From Bacteroidota bacterium (GTDB lineage: Bacteria; Bacteroidota; Bacteroidia; AKYH767-A; OLB10): 64,000 bases of DNA. Both the position numbers and the translations under genes were made by a program. The stretch is from positions 19,969 through 83,968 of the forward strand of contig JADJOZ010000007.1 in assembly GCA_016713525.1 (NCBI GenBank). The letters run 5' to 3'. Positions 41,234 to 50,642 of the stretch are shown piece by piece. Position 1 is the stretch's first letter. Every line of letters begins with the position of its first letter. Below the pieces are notes generated by a model. It saw only the letters and a program-made list of their open reading frames with translations. It made no database searches and had not been told where the DNA came from.

Positions 41234-41529
41234 GAGGTGCCGAAGGACTTCAGTTTGATGAAGTTGAAAAATACCGACGATCTTCATTTCCATTTGCCAC
41301 ATTCATTCTTACCATTATAGGTGTGTCATTATCGAGCAGAAAAGTTCGGGGCGGTATCGGGCTCCAGATTGGTGCTGGAATTTTATTAAGCTTTACTTAT
41401 ATTATGTTTATGCAGGTCTCGACTACATTTGCAACAAATGGAAATTTTCCGGCTATCATTGCAGTGTGGATTCCAAATATAGTTTATGCGCTGGTGGCAG
41501 TAATACTTATGAGAAATGCTCCTAAATAA
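41230..41529 (+). CDS. LptF/LptG family permease, C-terminal TM part
   Basis: ...PFATFILTIIGVSLSSRKVRGGIGLQIGAGILLSFTYIMF... is the conserved C-terminal TM block. Confidence 0.7.
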   Translation: MRGAEGLQFDEVEKYRRSSFPFATFILTIIGVSLSSRKVRGGIGLQIGAGILLSFTYIMFMQVSTTFATNGNFPAIIAVWIPNIVYALVAVILMRNAPK

Positions 41530-41549
41530 GCTCTTTCAAAAATCATGTT

Positions 41550-41598
41550 AAAAAAAATTGAATGTACCATTAAGAGCAAATGGTACATTCAATTTTTC
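41550..41598. terminator. Bidirectional rho-independent terminator between convergent genes
   Basis: Perfect 14 bp inverted repeat attgaatgtaccat / atggtacattcaat with a 9 nt loop. It is flanked by an A-run (41550-56) and a T-run (41594-98). Confidence 0.7.
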
Positions 41599-41608
41599 AA
41601 CAGCTTTT

Positions 41609-42040
41609 TTACAAAACATCCACTTTGCGATGTGATCCGTCGCAATAAGGTTTATTTGAAGAAGCACCGCACCGGCACAAAGCAACCTGTCCTTCTTTCA
41701 GCGTTTCGTTCCCATTTTCATCAACAACCGTACAATTGCCTTTTACAATTAAGGGACCTTTACTCATCACATGAACCTTAATATTAACGTCATTTTCATT
41801 GTTTTTCGTTTCTATATTCTTGATTTGATTTTTTTCAATTGATAATGCTCCGGAAGGGCACTTAGAAACCTGTGCAACTATCTGCTCAGTAGTACTTCCT
41901 TCAGGAGTAATCCAGCGACGTTTACGGGGATCGAATACTTCAGATAGTCCACGGAAACAGATGGCGGAATGGATACATAAATGTGGTTGCCACACAACTG
42001 TGACTTCTCCATTATTATATCGTTTGGTAATTTCTTTCAT
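41609..42040 (-). CDS. Iron-sulfur protein: divergent 4Fe-4S mono-cluster domain fused to a CDGSH-type Fe-S domain
   Basis: Cys pattern C..HS.IC...C in the N-terminal half, and C-terminal CRCGASSNKPYCDGSH, the CDGSH signature. Confidence 0.65.
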   Translation of the reverse strand: MKEITKRYNNGEVTVVWQPHLCIHSAICFRGLSEVFDPRKRRWITPEGSTTEQIVAQVSKCPSGALSIEKNQIKNIETKNNENDVNIKVHVMSKGPLIVKGNCTVVDENGNETLKEGQVALCRCGASSNKPYCDGSHRKVDVL

Positions 42041-42054
42041 GTTTAAGTATAGAA

Positions 42055-42474
42055 TTAAGAAATAACATATAATTTATTTTCAATAGCTATAGAATTCGAT
42101 AAAGTTTTATGAACCGGACATTTGCCGCTGATCACCAATAAACGTGCAATTTGATCATCATCGAGATCTCCTGTAAAAGAGAGCTCCTGTACAATTTTGG
42201 TTTGCTGAACTCCGGAAACCACCTGACGTTCCATTTTTACATTGGTTGTTACATAATCCAGCTTCCATCCTTTTCTGTCGGCATACATTCGTACAGTAAT
42301 GCAGGTACAGGAAGCTAATGCCGCCAATAGGAAATCGTGAGGACGAGGACCTTTGTTACTACCTCCATGATCAAGAGGTTCATCAGCATAAAAAAGATGC
42401 CCACCTGAATTTAACAAGGTTGTATAAGCGGCACCTGATAAAGATCCCGATAAGGTATTAATTTTTATTTCCAT
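42055..42474 (-). CDS. OsmC/Ohr family peroxiredoxin-like protein
   Basis: It is 139 aa, with the two conserved Cys (ALASCTCITV ... SGKCPVHKTL) of the OsmC fold. Confidence 0.75.
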   Translation of the reverse strand: MEIKINTLSGSLSGAAYTTLLNSGGHLFYADEPLDHGGSNKGPRPHDFLLAALASCTCITVRMYADRKGWKLDYVTTNVKMERQVVSGVQQTKIVQELSFTGDLDDDQIARLLVISGKCPVHKTLSNSIAIENKLYVIS

Positions 42475-42578
42475 AAAATCTAAATTTGTGCTGAATTACA
42501 GTTAATTCGACAACGGACACTAAATTACGAAACATTCTGTTAAAGTAATTTGTTTCTTCGTGTTATTAATAAATCTAT

Positions 42579-45014
42579 ATGAAACATACTTTTAAACTCC
42601 TGATCTTCTGGCTTCTATTCATTTATTCAGTTCCTGCAACAGCATTTCCAGGGCCAAAAGCATCGGATAATGGCACCATTAAAGGTAAAACGGTAGATAG
42701 CAAAACCAGAGAGCCACTTCCTTTCGTGAATATTATTGTTCTGGGAACATCTGTTGGAACTACATCGGATGCCACCGGTTCCTTTATTTTGAAAAATGTA
42801 AAACCGGGTTATGTAAAACTCGGTGCTTCAAGCGTTGGCTATAAATCTTTCACTTCCGCCGACATATTCGTTACCAATGAAAAAGTTCCTTTCATTGAAA
42901 TTGCTTTGGAACCTACAACAGCTGATCTTAAGGAAGTAGTTATTTCAGGACCACAATTTGTCAAGAGAGAAGAGAGTCCGGTTTCTCTTCAAACAATTGG
43001 CATTCGTGAAATTGAAAGGAACCCCGGAGGCAACAGAGATATCTCCAGAGTTATTCAATCTTTACCCGGAGTTGCATCATCACCCAGTTTCAGAAATGAT
43101 ATAGTCATCAGAGGCGGTTCTCCTTCAGAGAATAAGTTTTACCTTGACGGGATGGAAGTTCCTATTATTAATCATTTTCAAACACAGGGATCGACCGGTG
43201 GACCCGTTGGTATTATAAATGTGGATCTGGTAAGAGAGGTAGACTTTTATTCAGGCGCATTCCCAGTGAATAAAGGGAACACCTTAAGTTCGATAATGGA
43301 ATTTAAACTCCTGGAAGGAAATCAGGAAAAGACCGGATTCAGGGGTACCGTTGGTTCATCTGACTTGGGATTTACAATTGATGGACCGATTACTTCAAAA
43401 ACAAATTACATAGTTTCTGTCAGACGATCCTATTTACAATTTTTATTTGAAGCCCTTAAATTACCTTTTTTACCAACCTACACCGATTTACAATTTAAAG
43501 TGCGGCATAAGATTAATGAACGAAATGAAATAATTTTTCTGGGTATTGGCGCATACGATCAATTTAAACTGAATACCAATGTTAACGATAATGTGGATGA
43601 TGCCGAACAATTAGAGTATAACAATTATTTGCTGGGAAATATTCCAACCAATAATCAGTGGAATTACTCAACCGGAGCAATTTACAAACACTTTGGCAAA
43701 AACAGTTTAACTAATGTGGTGCTGAGCAGAAGCACCTTGAATAACAGTTCAGAAAAATTCAGGAACAACAATGAAAATGTGGCTACTGATCAGATTTTCG
43801 ATTATGAATCTGAAGAAACAGAGAACAAATTCAGGGTTGAAAATAATTTATCGAAAGGAACCATGAAAGTATTAAGTGGTTTTAGTTTAGAATATGCCGA
43901 TTATTTTGTAAAAGGCTTCGACAATATTAACACTTCATCCGGACCGGTAAAAAGATCCTACAATTCATCATTAAATGTTTTCAAATACGGACTTTTTGTA
44001 TCGGTTTCAAAGCCGGTATTTAAAAACCGATTAGCCTTGGCAATAGGCATTCGAACAGATGCAACAGATTATTCCGCTCAAATGAATAATCCCGCTAAAC
44101 AACTTTCACCCAGATTCTCAGCATCCTGGTCCTTTAATGAAAAATGGAGCTGGAATTTTAATACAGGGCGTTACTACCAGCTTCCCTCCTATTCTATTTT
44201 AGGTTTCAGTGATGCATCAGGAAATCTAATTAATAAAGCCAATAAACTAAAATACATTTATAATGACCATCTGGTAACCGGAATTCAATTCCTGCCTGAT
44301 GCATCTTCTAAAATTACTTTAGAAGGATTTTATAAAAAGTACAAGAATTACCCTTATTCTTTAACTGATTCTATTAGCCTGGCAAATCTGGGTTCCGACT
44401 TTGGTGTGGTTGGAAATGAATCAGTGAACTCTTCATCCAAAGGAAGAGCTTATGGCATTGAATTATTGCTGCAGCGACGTTCTGCAACCGGTATATACGG
44501 GATCATGGCTTATACATTTGTGCGTAGTGAATTTACCGGCGACAATGCGAATTACATTCCATCAGCATGGGATAACAAACATTTACTCACACTTACAGCA
44601 GGAAAAGAATTTGGGAAAAACTGGGAAATGGGAATTAAATGGCGTTATGTAGCCGGCAGACCATATACACCTTATGATGTTCCAGCTACATCATTGAAAA
44701 CAAACTGGGATGTCAGAGGTCAGGGAATATTGGATTACACCTTATTAAATACCGAACGACTTGCAGCTTTTCATCAGTTGGATCTACGTATTGACAAAAA
44801 GTGGTTCTTCGACAAATGGTCGATTAATTTATATCTGGATCTACAGAATGTTTATGCCTTTAAAGCTGAGAACCAGAATATAATTAATGTCAGAACAGAT
44901 TCAGAAGGAAAGTTCATTACTGACCCTGAAGATTCAAACCGGTATTTAATATATTATATTAAAGATGAATCAGGAACGGTGTTACCCTCCATCGGTGTTA
45001 TAATTGATTTTTAA
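42579..45014 (+). CDS. TonB-dependent receptor-like outer-membrane beta-barrel with an N-terminal carboxypeptidase-regulatory-like domain
   Basis: Signal peptide. GTIKGKTVDSKTREPLPFVNIIVLGTSVGTTSDATGSF is CarbopepD_reg-like. Plug-like region. The C-terminus ends in aromatic residues (...IIDF). It is 811 aa. Confidence 0.65.
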   Translation: MKHTFKLLIFWLLFIYSVPATAFPGPKASDNGTIKGKTVDSKTREPLPFVNIIVLGTSVGTTSDATGSFILKNVKPGYVKLGASSVGYKSFTSADIFVTNEKVPFIEIALEPTTADLKEVVISGPQFVKREESPVSLQTIGIREIERNPGGNRDISRVIQSLPGVASSPSFRNDIVIRGGSPSENKFYLDGMEVPIINHFQTQGSTGGPVGIINVDLVREVDFYSGAFPVNKGNTLSSIMEFKLLEGNQEKTGFRGTVGSSDLGFTIDGPITSKTNYIVSVRRSYLQFLFEALKLPFLPTYTDLQFKVRHKINERNEIIFLGIGAYDQFKLNTNVNDNVDDAEQLEYNNYLLGNIPTNNQWNYSTGAIYKHFGKNSLTNVVLSRSTLNNSSEKFRNNNENVATDQIFDYESEETENKFRVENNLSKGTMKVLSGFSLEYADYFVKGFDNINTSSGPVKRSYNSSLNVFKYGLFVSVSKPVFKNRLALAIGIRTDATDYSAQMNNPAKQLSPRFSASWSFNEKWSWNFNTGRYYQLPSYSILGFSDASGNLINKANKLKYIYNDHLVTGIQFLPDASSKITLEGFYKKYKNYPYSLTDSISLANLGSDFGVVGNESVNSSSKGRAYGIELLLQRRSATGIYGIMAYTFVRSEFTGDNANYIPSAWDNKHLLTLTAGKEFGKNWEMGIKWRYVAGRPYTPYDVPATSLKTNWDVRGQGILDYTLLNTERLAAFHQLDLRIDKKWFFDKWSINLYLDLQNVYAFKAENQNIINVRTDSEGKFITDPEDSNRYLIYYIKDESGTVLPSIGVIIDF

Positions 45015-45041
45015 GTAACAAACAATTCATATAAAACTGAA

Positions 45042-45077
45042 AAAGGCGGAAGAAAAACTCTTCCGCCTTTTCGGTTT
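45042..45077 (+). terminator. Rho-independent terminator after the receptor gene
   Basis: ggcggaag-aaaaact-cttccgcc stem-loop followed by ttttcggttt. Confidence 0.7.
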
Positions 45078-45555
45078 ATGCAATAATTTTATTGTTTTAC
45101 AAAGGCTGAACGCACTTCACTTCTTCCTGCATTTAAGAAAACTGACATGATTAGTAGTAGTTTTTTCATGAGTTTAGAATTAAGTTATATTAAAGGTTTA
45201 CTTCACAAATATAGCCAAATTTTAAATTATTAGTATCAGAATTGTGTCATCAAAAAGTGTTTCTAAGTAGCTATTTTTCAGATCATTGTCATTATCATGT
45301 AAATTACCTTATTCTAAAAGCAATGATGACTTGTATAAAAATGAATAGTTGTGCCACAAATATGTAAGGTACCAAAGTATTGATAATAGAGGGTTTCAGC
45401 ATATGCAGGGTCTGTTAAACAGCCGAAACAGCTTTTTTGAGATTCACCATAGTATGGAACAGACATGTATACTTATCAGGAAACTTGATTTGCAATACGC
45501 ATCCCATCAGAAGTACTTTTAACATCAAACAGGCGCAAGCCACAAAACCACATAC

Positions 45556-46764
45556 ATGAAAGCGCTCGAAAAAATTTGTCTGACTCTGATTAGCTTACTC
45601 GTAACTAATTATGCTTTTTCACAATCTTCATGTGCACCTACTACTGCACAGTCTGACCTCGACATCAACAATGTTCGCACAACAATTTTAGTTGGTGGTG
45701 ACATGTGGTGGGATCTGACTAGTCCCAAATATGAAATTCCGAAAGGCAGCAATAAACATTCCTTGTATGCCGGATCACTTTGGATTGGAGGCATTGATGC
45801 CGGTGGACAAATTAAAGTTGCAGCACAAACCTATCGCCAATCCGGAACTGATTTCTGGGGTGGCGCTATCGATACTGTGCAGATTGGTATTTCAGCTTCT
45901 AAATGTCTGCAATATGACAGACATTGGAATGTTTCAAAAACAGAGGTGCAGGATTTTATAAATGATCCAACAACAGCAACTAATGATATTAAAAGCTGGC
46001 CGGGTAATGGAGATCCAACATCAAATGAAGGAACATATTTAGCACCATTTGTTGATGTAAATGGTGATGGCACCTATGATTATACCGATGGCGATTATCC
46101 GGGATATAATTTCAGCGGAGTTTATCCTGCTGCACCTGGAACATGTAAAACCGTATGCAATGATTATCTTTTTGGAGACCAGACTATCTGGTGGGTTTTC
46201 AATGATGTAGGTAATATTCATGGTACAGGCTCCGATCCTATTGGTCTCGAAATACGTGCACAGGCATTTGCATTCCAAACCAATGATGAAATAAATAACA
46301 TGACCTTTTATAAATACCAAATTATAAATCGTTCAACAAATACCCTGACCCAAACCTATTTTGGCCAATGGGTTGATCCTGATCTGGGTAACTCTATTGA
46401 TGATTATGTTGGTTGTGATGTTGGCAGAGGACTTGGTTTCTGTTATAATGGTGATGCTGATGATGAAACAGCATCAGGTTATGGTATTAATCCGCCGGCT
46501 GTCGGTGTCGACTTTTTTCAGGGGCCACTAGCTGATATGCTTGATAATATCGATAATGATAAAGATGGCTGTGTTGATTGTACTTTTTGTACCGATTCAG
46601 CAGGAGTTGTTTCTGTTATTCCAGATGATGTTTTGCGTGAACAAATTATCATGTCTAAATTCATGAAATATGACAATGTCAACAATTCTCCGATAGGAAA
46701 CCCGAATGGATTCACTGATTTTTACAACTACCTCCAGGGCATTTTCTCGATGGTCAACCTATGA
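45556..46764 (+). CDS. Large secreted T9SS cargo protein, N-terminal part (signal peptide, Ca-binding-like DxNGDGxxD motif). Forms one gene with 46761..49529 after a frameshift near 46743-46746.
   Basis: MKALEKICLTLISLLVTNYAFSQ signal peptide. DVNGDGTYDYTDGD motif. The other frame continues ...FLDGQPMTYGGNGHD. The N-terminal domain family was not recognised. Confidence 0.6.
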   Translation: MKALEKICLTLISLLVTNYAFSQSSCAPTTAQSDLDINNVRTTILVGGDMWWDLTSPKYEIPKGSNKHSLYAGSLWIGGIDAGGQIKVAAQTYRQSGTDFWGGAIDTVQIGISASKCLQYDRHWNVSKTEVQDFINDPTTATNDIKSWPGNGDPTSNEGTYLAPFVDVNGDGTYDYTDGDYPGYNFSGVYPAAPGTCKTVCNDYLFGDQTIWWVFNDVGNIHGTGSDPIGLEIRAQAFAFQTNDEINNMTFYKYQIINRSTNTLTQTYFGQWVDPDLGNSIDDYVGCDVGRGLGFCYNGDADDETASGYGINPPAVGVDFFQGPLADMLDNIDNDKDGCVDCTFCTDSAGVVSVIPDDVLREQIIMSKFMKYDNVNNSPIGNPNGFTDFYNYLQGIFSMVNL

Positions 46765-49529
46765 CTTATGGCGGTAATGGTCACGACCCCGGAAACCCGG
46801 TTTGCGACTATATGTTTCCCGGCGATACAGATCCTTTGTTCCCAGGTCAGAACTGGACAGAAGCAACTGCAAATAATCCTGTTGGTGACCGCAGATTCAT
46901 TCAATCGGCAGGAGTATTTACTTTGGAACCGGGTGCTGTAAACTATGTCACTACAGGAGTGGTGTGGGCGCGTGCAACAACCGGCGGGCCACAGGCAAGT
47001 ATTGGTTTGCTAAAAGCGGCAGATGACAAAGCACAGGCTCTTTTTGACAATTGCTTTAAACTTATTGATGGACCCAATGCCCCTGATTTAGCTGTTAGAG
47101 AGCTCGACAAAACAATTATTCTCACACTTACAAATACCAATGTTCCTGAAATAGAAAAGTATGTGGCTAAAGATCCTACCATCACCGGATTTCCCGATTC
47201 ATTGACCTACTTTAAATTTCAAGGCTATCAGATATTTCAGTTCAAAGATGAAACTGTTACTGTTGCAGACATAGGCAATCCTGATAAAGTAAGATTAGCC
47301 GCACAATGTGATATTAAGGACGGAATAAGCCAGCTCGTTAACTTTTATTATGAACCCACTCTGAATGCAAATATGCCGATTGAACAAGTAAATGGAAGCG
47401 ACAAAGGTATTACACATACCTTCCTTATTAAACAGAATTTATTTGCCACCGGAAATACTGCATTGATAAATCACCAAACTTATTTCTTTACGGTGGTTGC
47501 CTACGCACATAATAATTACAAAACATACGACCCAAGTGATCCATTTCAGTTAGATGGTCAGAAAAAACCATATTTATCTGGAAGAAACAACATTAAAACG
47601 TATTCTGCAATACCTCATATCCCGAGTGTGGAAAATATTGGAACCATATTACATACCCAATTCGGTGACGGACCTCCTGTAAAAAGAATGGAAGGTAGTG
47701 GAAACGGAGGTATGATCGTTGATTTCACTGAAGCAACTGTTGATGAAATATTAAGTCCCCCCTATTACCGTTCGTTTCAACCTGTTTACAAATCCTTGAA
47801 AGCTCCGGTTAAAGTGAAGGTGTTTGATCCAATGATTATTGATCCATTACAGTATGAAATCAGATTTGATACAATCAGTCCTAATGCTAATTACACACTA
47901 TCATCAAGTGACCAGTCTTTGATCGTGAACTCCGATTACAATATTGCTACGTCAGATGAACTTGTGGTTCCTGAATGGGGTCTCACCTTCCAGGCTTCTA
48001 CTTGCATTGAACCCGGCGACACTCTGGATCCAAAAAATGGCTATCTGGAAAGTTCTATTGAATTTAATAATGAATCTGCAAAATGGTTGTCTGCTGTTGC
48101 TGATGTCGACAATATCGGAGGTGATCCAAAAGATTGGATCAGATCCGGGACTGCTTCAAATGATCCTTATAAAAAAGAGGATGATAAGGAAGTATATGAA
48201 AATGTTGTCAATGGTACCTGGGCTCCGTATAAGTTGGTTTCAAGAGATCCATTTCACCCGAGAATGGGAAATCTTGGTGAAGTAAATATCAGCTTATCAC
48301 CTAATGAGGATACTAAAACAGCAATCAATAGTATTGATGTGATATTTACCGCAGACCAGTCGAAATGGACACGTTGTGTTGTAGTTGAAACCGGAAATCA
48401 GGCAGCTTTAAATATTGGTAATGCCAAACAGTTTGATCTCAGAAAATCAGCATCAATGGGGAAAAATGGAGAGCCCGATAATTCAATCAATTCAACTGGA
48501 ATGAGCTGGTTTCCGGGATATGCATATGATGTTGAAACCGGTGTAAGGTTGAATATTGTCTTTGGCGAAAATTCTTCATTGATTGAAGATAATTCGCAGG
48601 ATATGAAATTCAATCCTACTTCAAGAATTTATGATAATTCCGGTAAAATTGTATTAGGTGGTATGCATTTTATTTACATCATGGGGCATAATGGTGATGG
48701 AGAAACTGATGTACCGCCCTACGATTCATGCCGATATATTTTCAACAAACTCAATACATTGAATTCTACCGATAAAAGAACTGTTTGGAAACATGCTATG
48801 TGGACAAATATTCCACTAGTAACAAGTGATTATGAATCACTCAACCTGCCGGTTGAAATACCTTCCGATGTAAAAGTGAGAATTCGTATAGCCAGAAATT
48901 ACAAACCTATGGCCGGCACAACCGAATTAAGGTATACCGATATTCTTTCAATTGGAACTACCTATTATGTTTCAAAACCTCCGATAACACATAATGGTAT
49001 CACTTATGAATTTACAGGACAAAGCTTTGTTGCTACCACATCTCAATTTGAAGGTCCGGGACGGGTAACTGACCAGATTCCGGCAAACAATTTTATGCCA
49101 TTGTTCACCTTTGGAACAGAGAATCTGGCATCTGAAACTAACAATCAGGAAATTGCTTCGGAAGCACTTCGCTTAATTAATGTTGTTCCGAATCCATATT
49201 ATGCTTACTCAGCTTACGAAAAAAGCCAGCTTGACAACCGGATAAAGATTACCAACTTACCTGCAAAATGTAAAGTAACTATTTTATCTCCGAACGGTAC
49301 TATAATCAGAAAATTCGAAAGGGATGTTCCTACTGATAATACTGCCGGAACTGTGGTTTCGCCGAAATCCATTAATACCGACACAACAATTGACTGGGAT
49401 TTAAAAAACTTAAAAGGTATTCCGGTTTCGGGTGGTATGTACTTAATTCACGTTGATGCTGGTGTACTCGGAACAAAAACAATTAAATGGTTCGGAATAT
49501 TGCGACCAATTGATTTAGATACGTTCTGA
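46761..49529 (+). CDS. Large secreted T9SS cargo protein, C-terminal part, ending in a type-A T9SS sorting domain
   Basis: C-terminal ...LINVVPNPYYAYSAYEKSQLDNRIKITNLPAKCKVTILSPNGTIIRKFE...GMYLIHVDAGVLGTKTIKWFGIL. The combined product is about 1320 aa. Confidence 0.65.
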   Translation: MTYGGNGHDPGNPVCDYMFPGDTDPLFPGQNWTEATANNPVGDRRFIQSAGVFTLEPGAVNYVTTGVVWARATTGGPQASIGLLKAADDKAQALFDNCFKLIDGPNAPDLAVRELDKTIILTLTNTNVPEIEKYVAKDPTITGFPDSLTYFKFQGYQIFQFKDETVTVADIGNPDKVRLAAQCDIKDGISQLVNFYYEPTLNANMPIEQVNGSDKGITHTFLIKQNLFATGNTALINHQTYFFTVVAYAHNNYKTYDPSDPFQLDGQKKPYLSGRNNIKTYSAIPHIPSVENIGTILHTQFGDGPPVKRMEGSGNGGMIVDFTEATVDEILSPPYYRSFQPVYKSLKAPVKVKVFDPMIIDPLQYEIRFDTISPNANYTLSSSDQSLIVNSDYNIATSDELVVPEWGLTFQASTCIEPGDTLDPKNGYLESSIEFNNESAKWLSAVADVDNIGGDPKDWIRSGTASNDPYKKEDDKEVYENVVNGTWAPYKLVSRDPFHPRMGNLGEVNISLSPNEDTKTAINSIDVIFTADQSKWTRCVVVETGNQAALNIGNAKQFDLRKSASMGKNGEPDNSINSTGMSWFPGYAYDVETGVRLNIVFGENSSLIEDNSQDMKFNPTSRIYDNSGKIVLGGMHFIYIMGHNGDGETDVPPYDSCRYIFNKLNTLNSTDKRTVWKHAMWTNIPLVTSDYESLNLPVEIPSDVKVRIRIARNYKPMAGTTELRYTDILSIGTTYYVSKPPITHNGITYEFTGQSFVATTSQFEGPGRVTDQIPANNFMPLFTFGTENLASETNNQEIASEALRLINVVPNPYYAYSAYEKSQLDNRIKITNLPAKCKVTILSPNGTIIRKFERDVPTDNTAGTVVSPKSINTDTTIDWDLKNLKGIPVSGGMYLIHVDAGVLGTKTIKWFGILRPIDLDTF

Positions 49530-49536
49530 TAAAAAA

Positions 49537-50205
49537 TCAGGTAGTCAGTGCCTCCAAATACTGATTGATATAATATTTAAGTTGTGACGATTTATATTGC
49601 ATAACAAAACGGGGATGTTCCAATGCGACTACGCGATCGAATATTTGGAGCTCCCCGTTTAATTCAGCTAAAAACTGACCGTTCTTTTTGCCTAAAGAAA
49701 TGACCACATCGGTGCGTACACCAGCACGAATACACATATCAAGATGTTGAATGATGTAAGGTTTAACTTCATCAACAATGATGTGATTATCGTAAAAGTT
49801 GAAATTTTTTCCATTCCTGACAAAACCAAGTGGACAAAGTGCACTTAGCAAAACATTATCATAGAATTTTGGAGCACCTCCATAGGCTTCAATCATCTTG
49901 TAAATAAATCGACTGGACAGTTCACTACTCTGAGGTAAATCTGTCGATAAACCACAACTTTCTTCCAGTGCAAATGTGTCGGTAAAAGGTATTCCTGTGA
50001 GGCCGCCTCCTTTTCTTCCGGGATTGATTCCAATCATTAAAATCCGGGGCTTGCTGCCGGAATAGAATTTTTCACAGAACAATTTCAGCAGGCGTTGAAC
50101 TTGCAATTCAGAATAGGGATTTAAAACACCAATTCCTGATGGTAATTTCCAGGAAGGAGGTTTCTTTAAAAGAAATTCAGCAAAAATTTCACCAGGTGTT
50201 GGCAC
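49537..50205 (-). CDS. Uracil-DNA glycosylase superfamily protein (SMUG-like motif)
   Basis: GINPGRKGGGLTGIPFTD resembles the SMUG/UDG motif A (GMNPGP...TGVPF). It is 222 aa. Confidence 0.45.
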   Translation of the reverse strand: MPTPGEIFAEFLLKKPPSWKLPSGIGVLNPYSELQVQRLLKLFCEKFYSGSKPRILMIGINPGRKGGGLTGIPFTDTFALEESCGLSTDLPQSSELSSRFIYKMIEAYGGAPKFYDNVLLSALCPLGFVRNGKNFNFYDNHIIVDEVKPYIIQHLDMCIRAGVRTDVVISLGKKNGQFLAELNGELQIFDRVVALEHPRFVMQYKSSQLKYYINQYLEALTT

Positions 50206-50211
50206 GAAAAA

Positions 50212-50619
50212 TTATTTCAGTTTAATGGAAATAATTGGCAATGTGTTTTTGTTGCCTTTCTCGTCGATATAAGTTACCTCTTTCAAAATAACGGTATCAC
50301 CAACATTTCCATTTTTAATGGCTTCGCGTGCAAGGATTGGGAATCCGCCTTCTCCAATTCCAAAATCTTTGTTCATGAATGGTTTTAATGTGAGATAATT
50401 AATCTGAAATGTTTCAAGTTTATAAATTTTTCCATCATCACACTGAACAGTAAGAGGCGATAATTCAGTCCATGCCAAAGCATCAGCAATAGTAACATCA
50501 TTGATTACTTTGTCATTCATATATACTTTGCAGGAAGCAGGTGCTTTTGCTTCCTGAGCATTTAATTGAGAAAGCGATCCGGATATAATTACAACAACGA
50601 TAAGTAGTATTTTTTTCAT
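50212..50619 (-). CDS. Secreted hypothetical protein
   Basis: Signal peptide MKKILLIVVVIISGSLSQLNAQ. No recognised motif. Confidence 0.4.
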   Translation of the reverse strand: MKKILLIVVVIISGSLSQLNAQEAKAPASCKVYMNDKVINDVTIADALAWTELSPLTVQCDDGKIYKLETFQINYLTLKPFMNKDFGIGEGGFPILAREAIKNGNVGDTVILKEVTYIDEKGNKNTLPIISIKLK

Positions 50620-50642
50620 AACAACATTTTATTTGAACGAGA

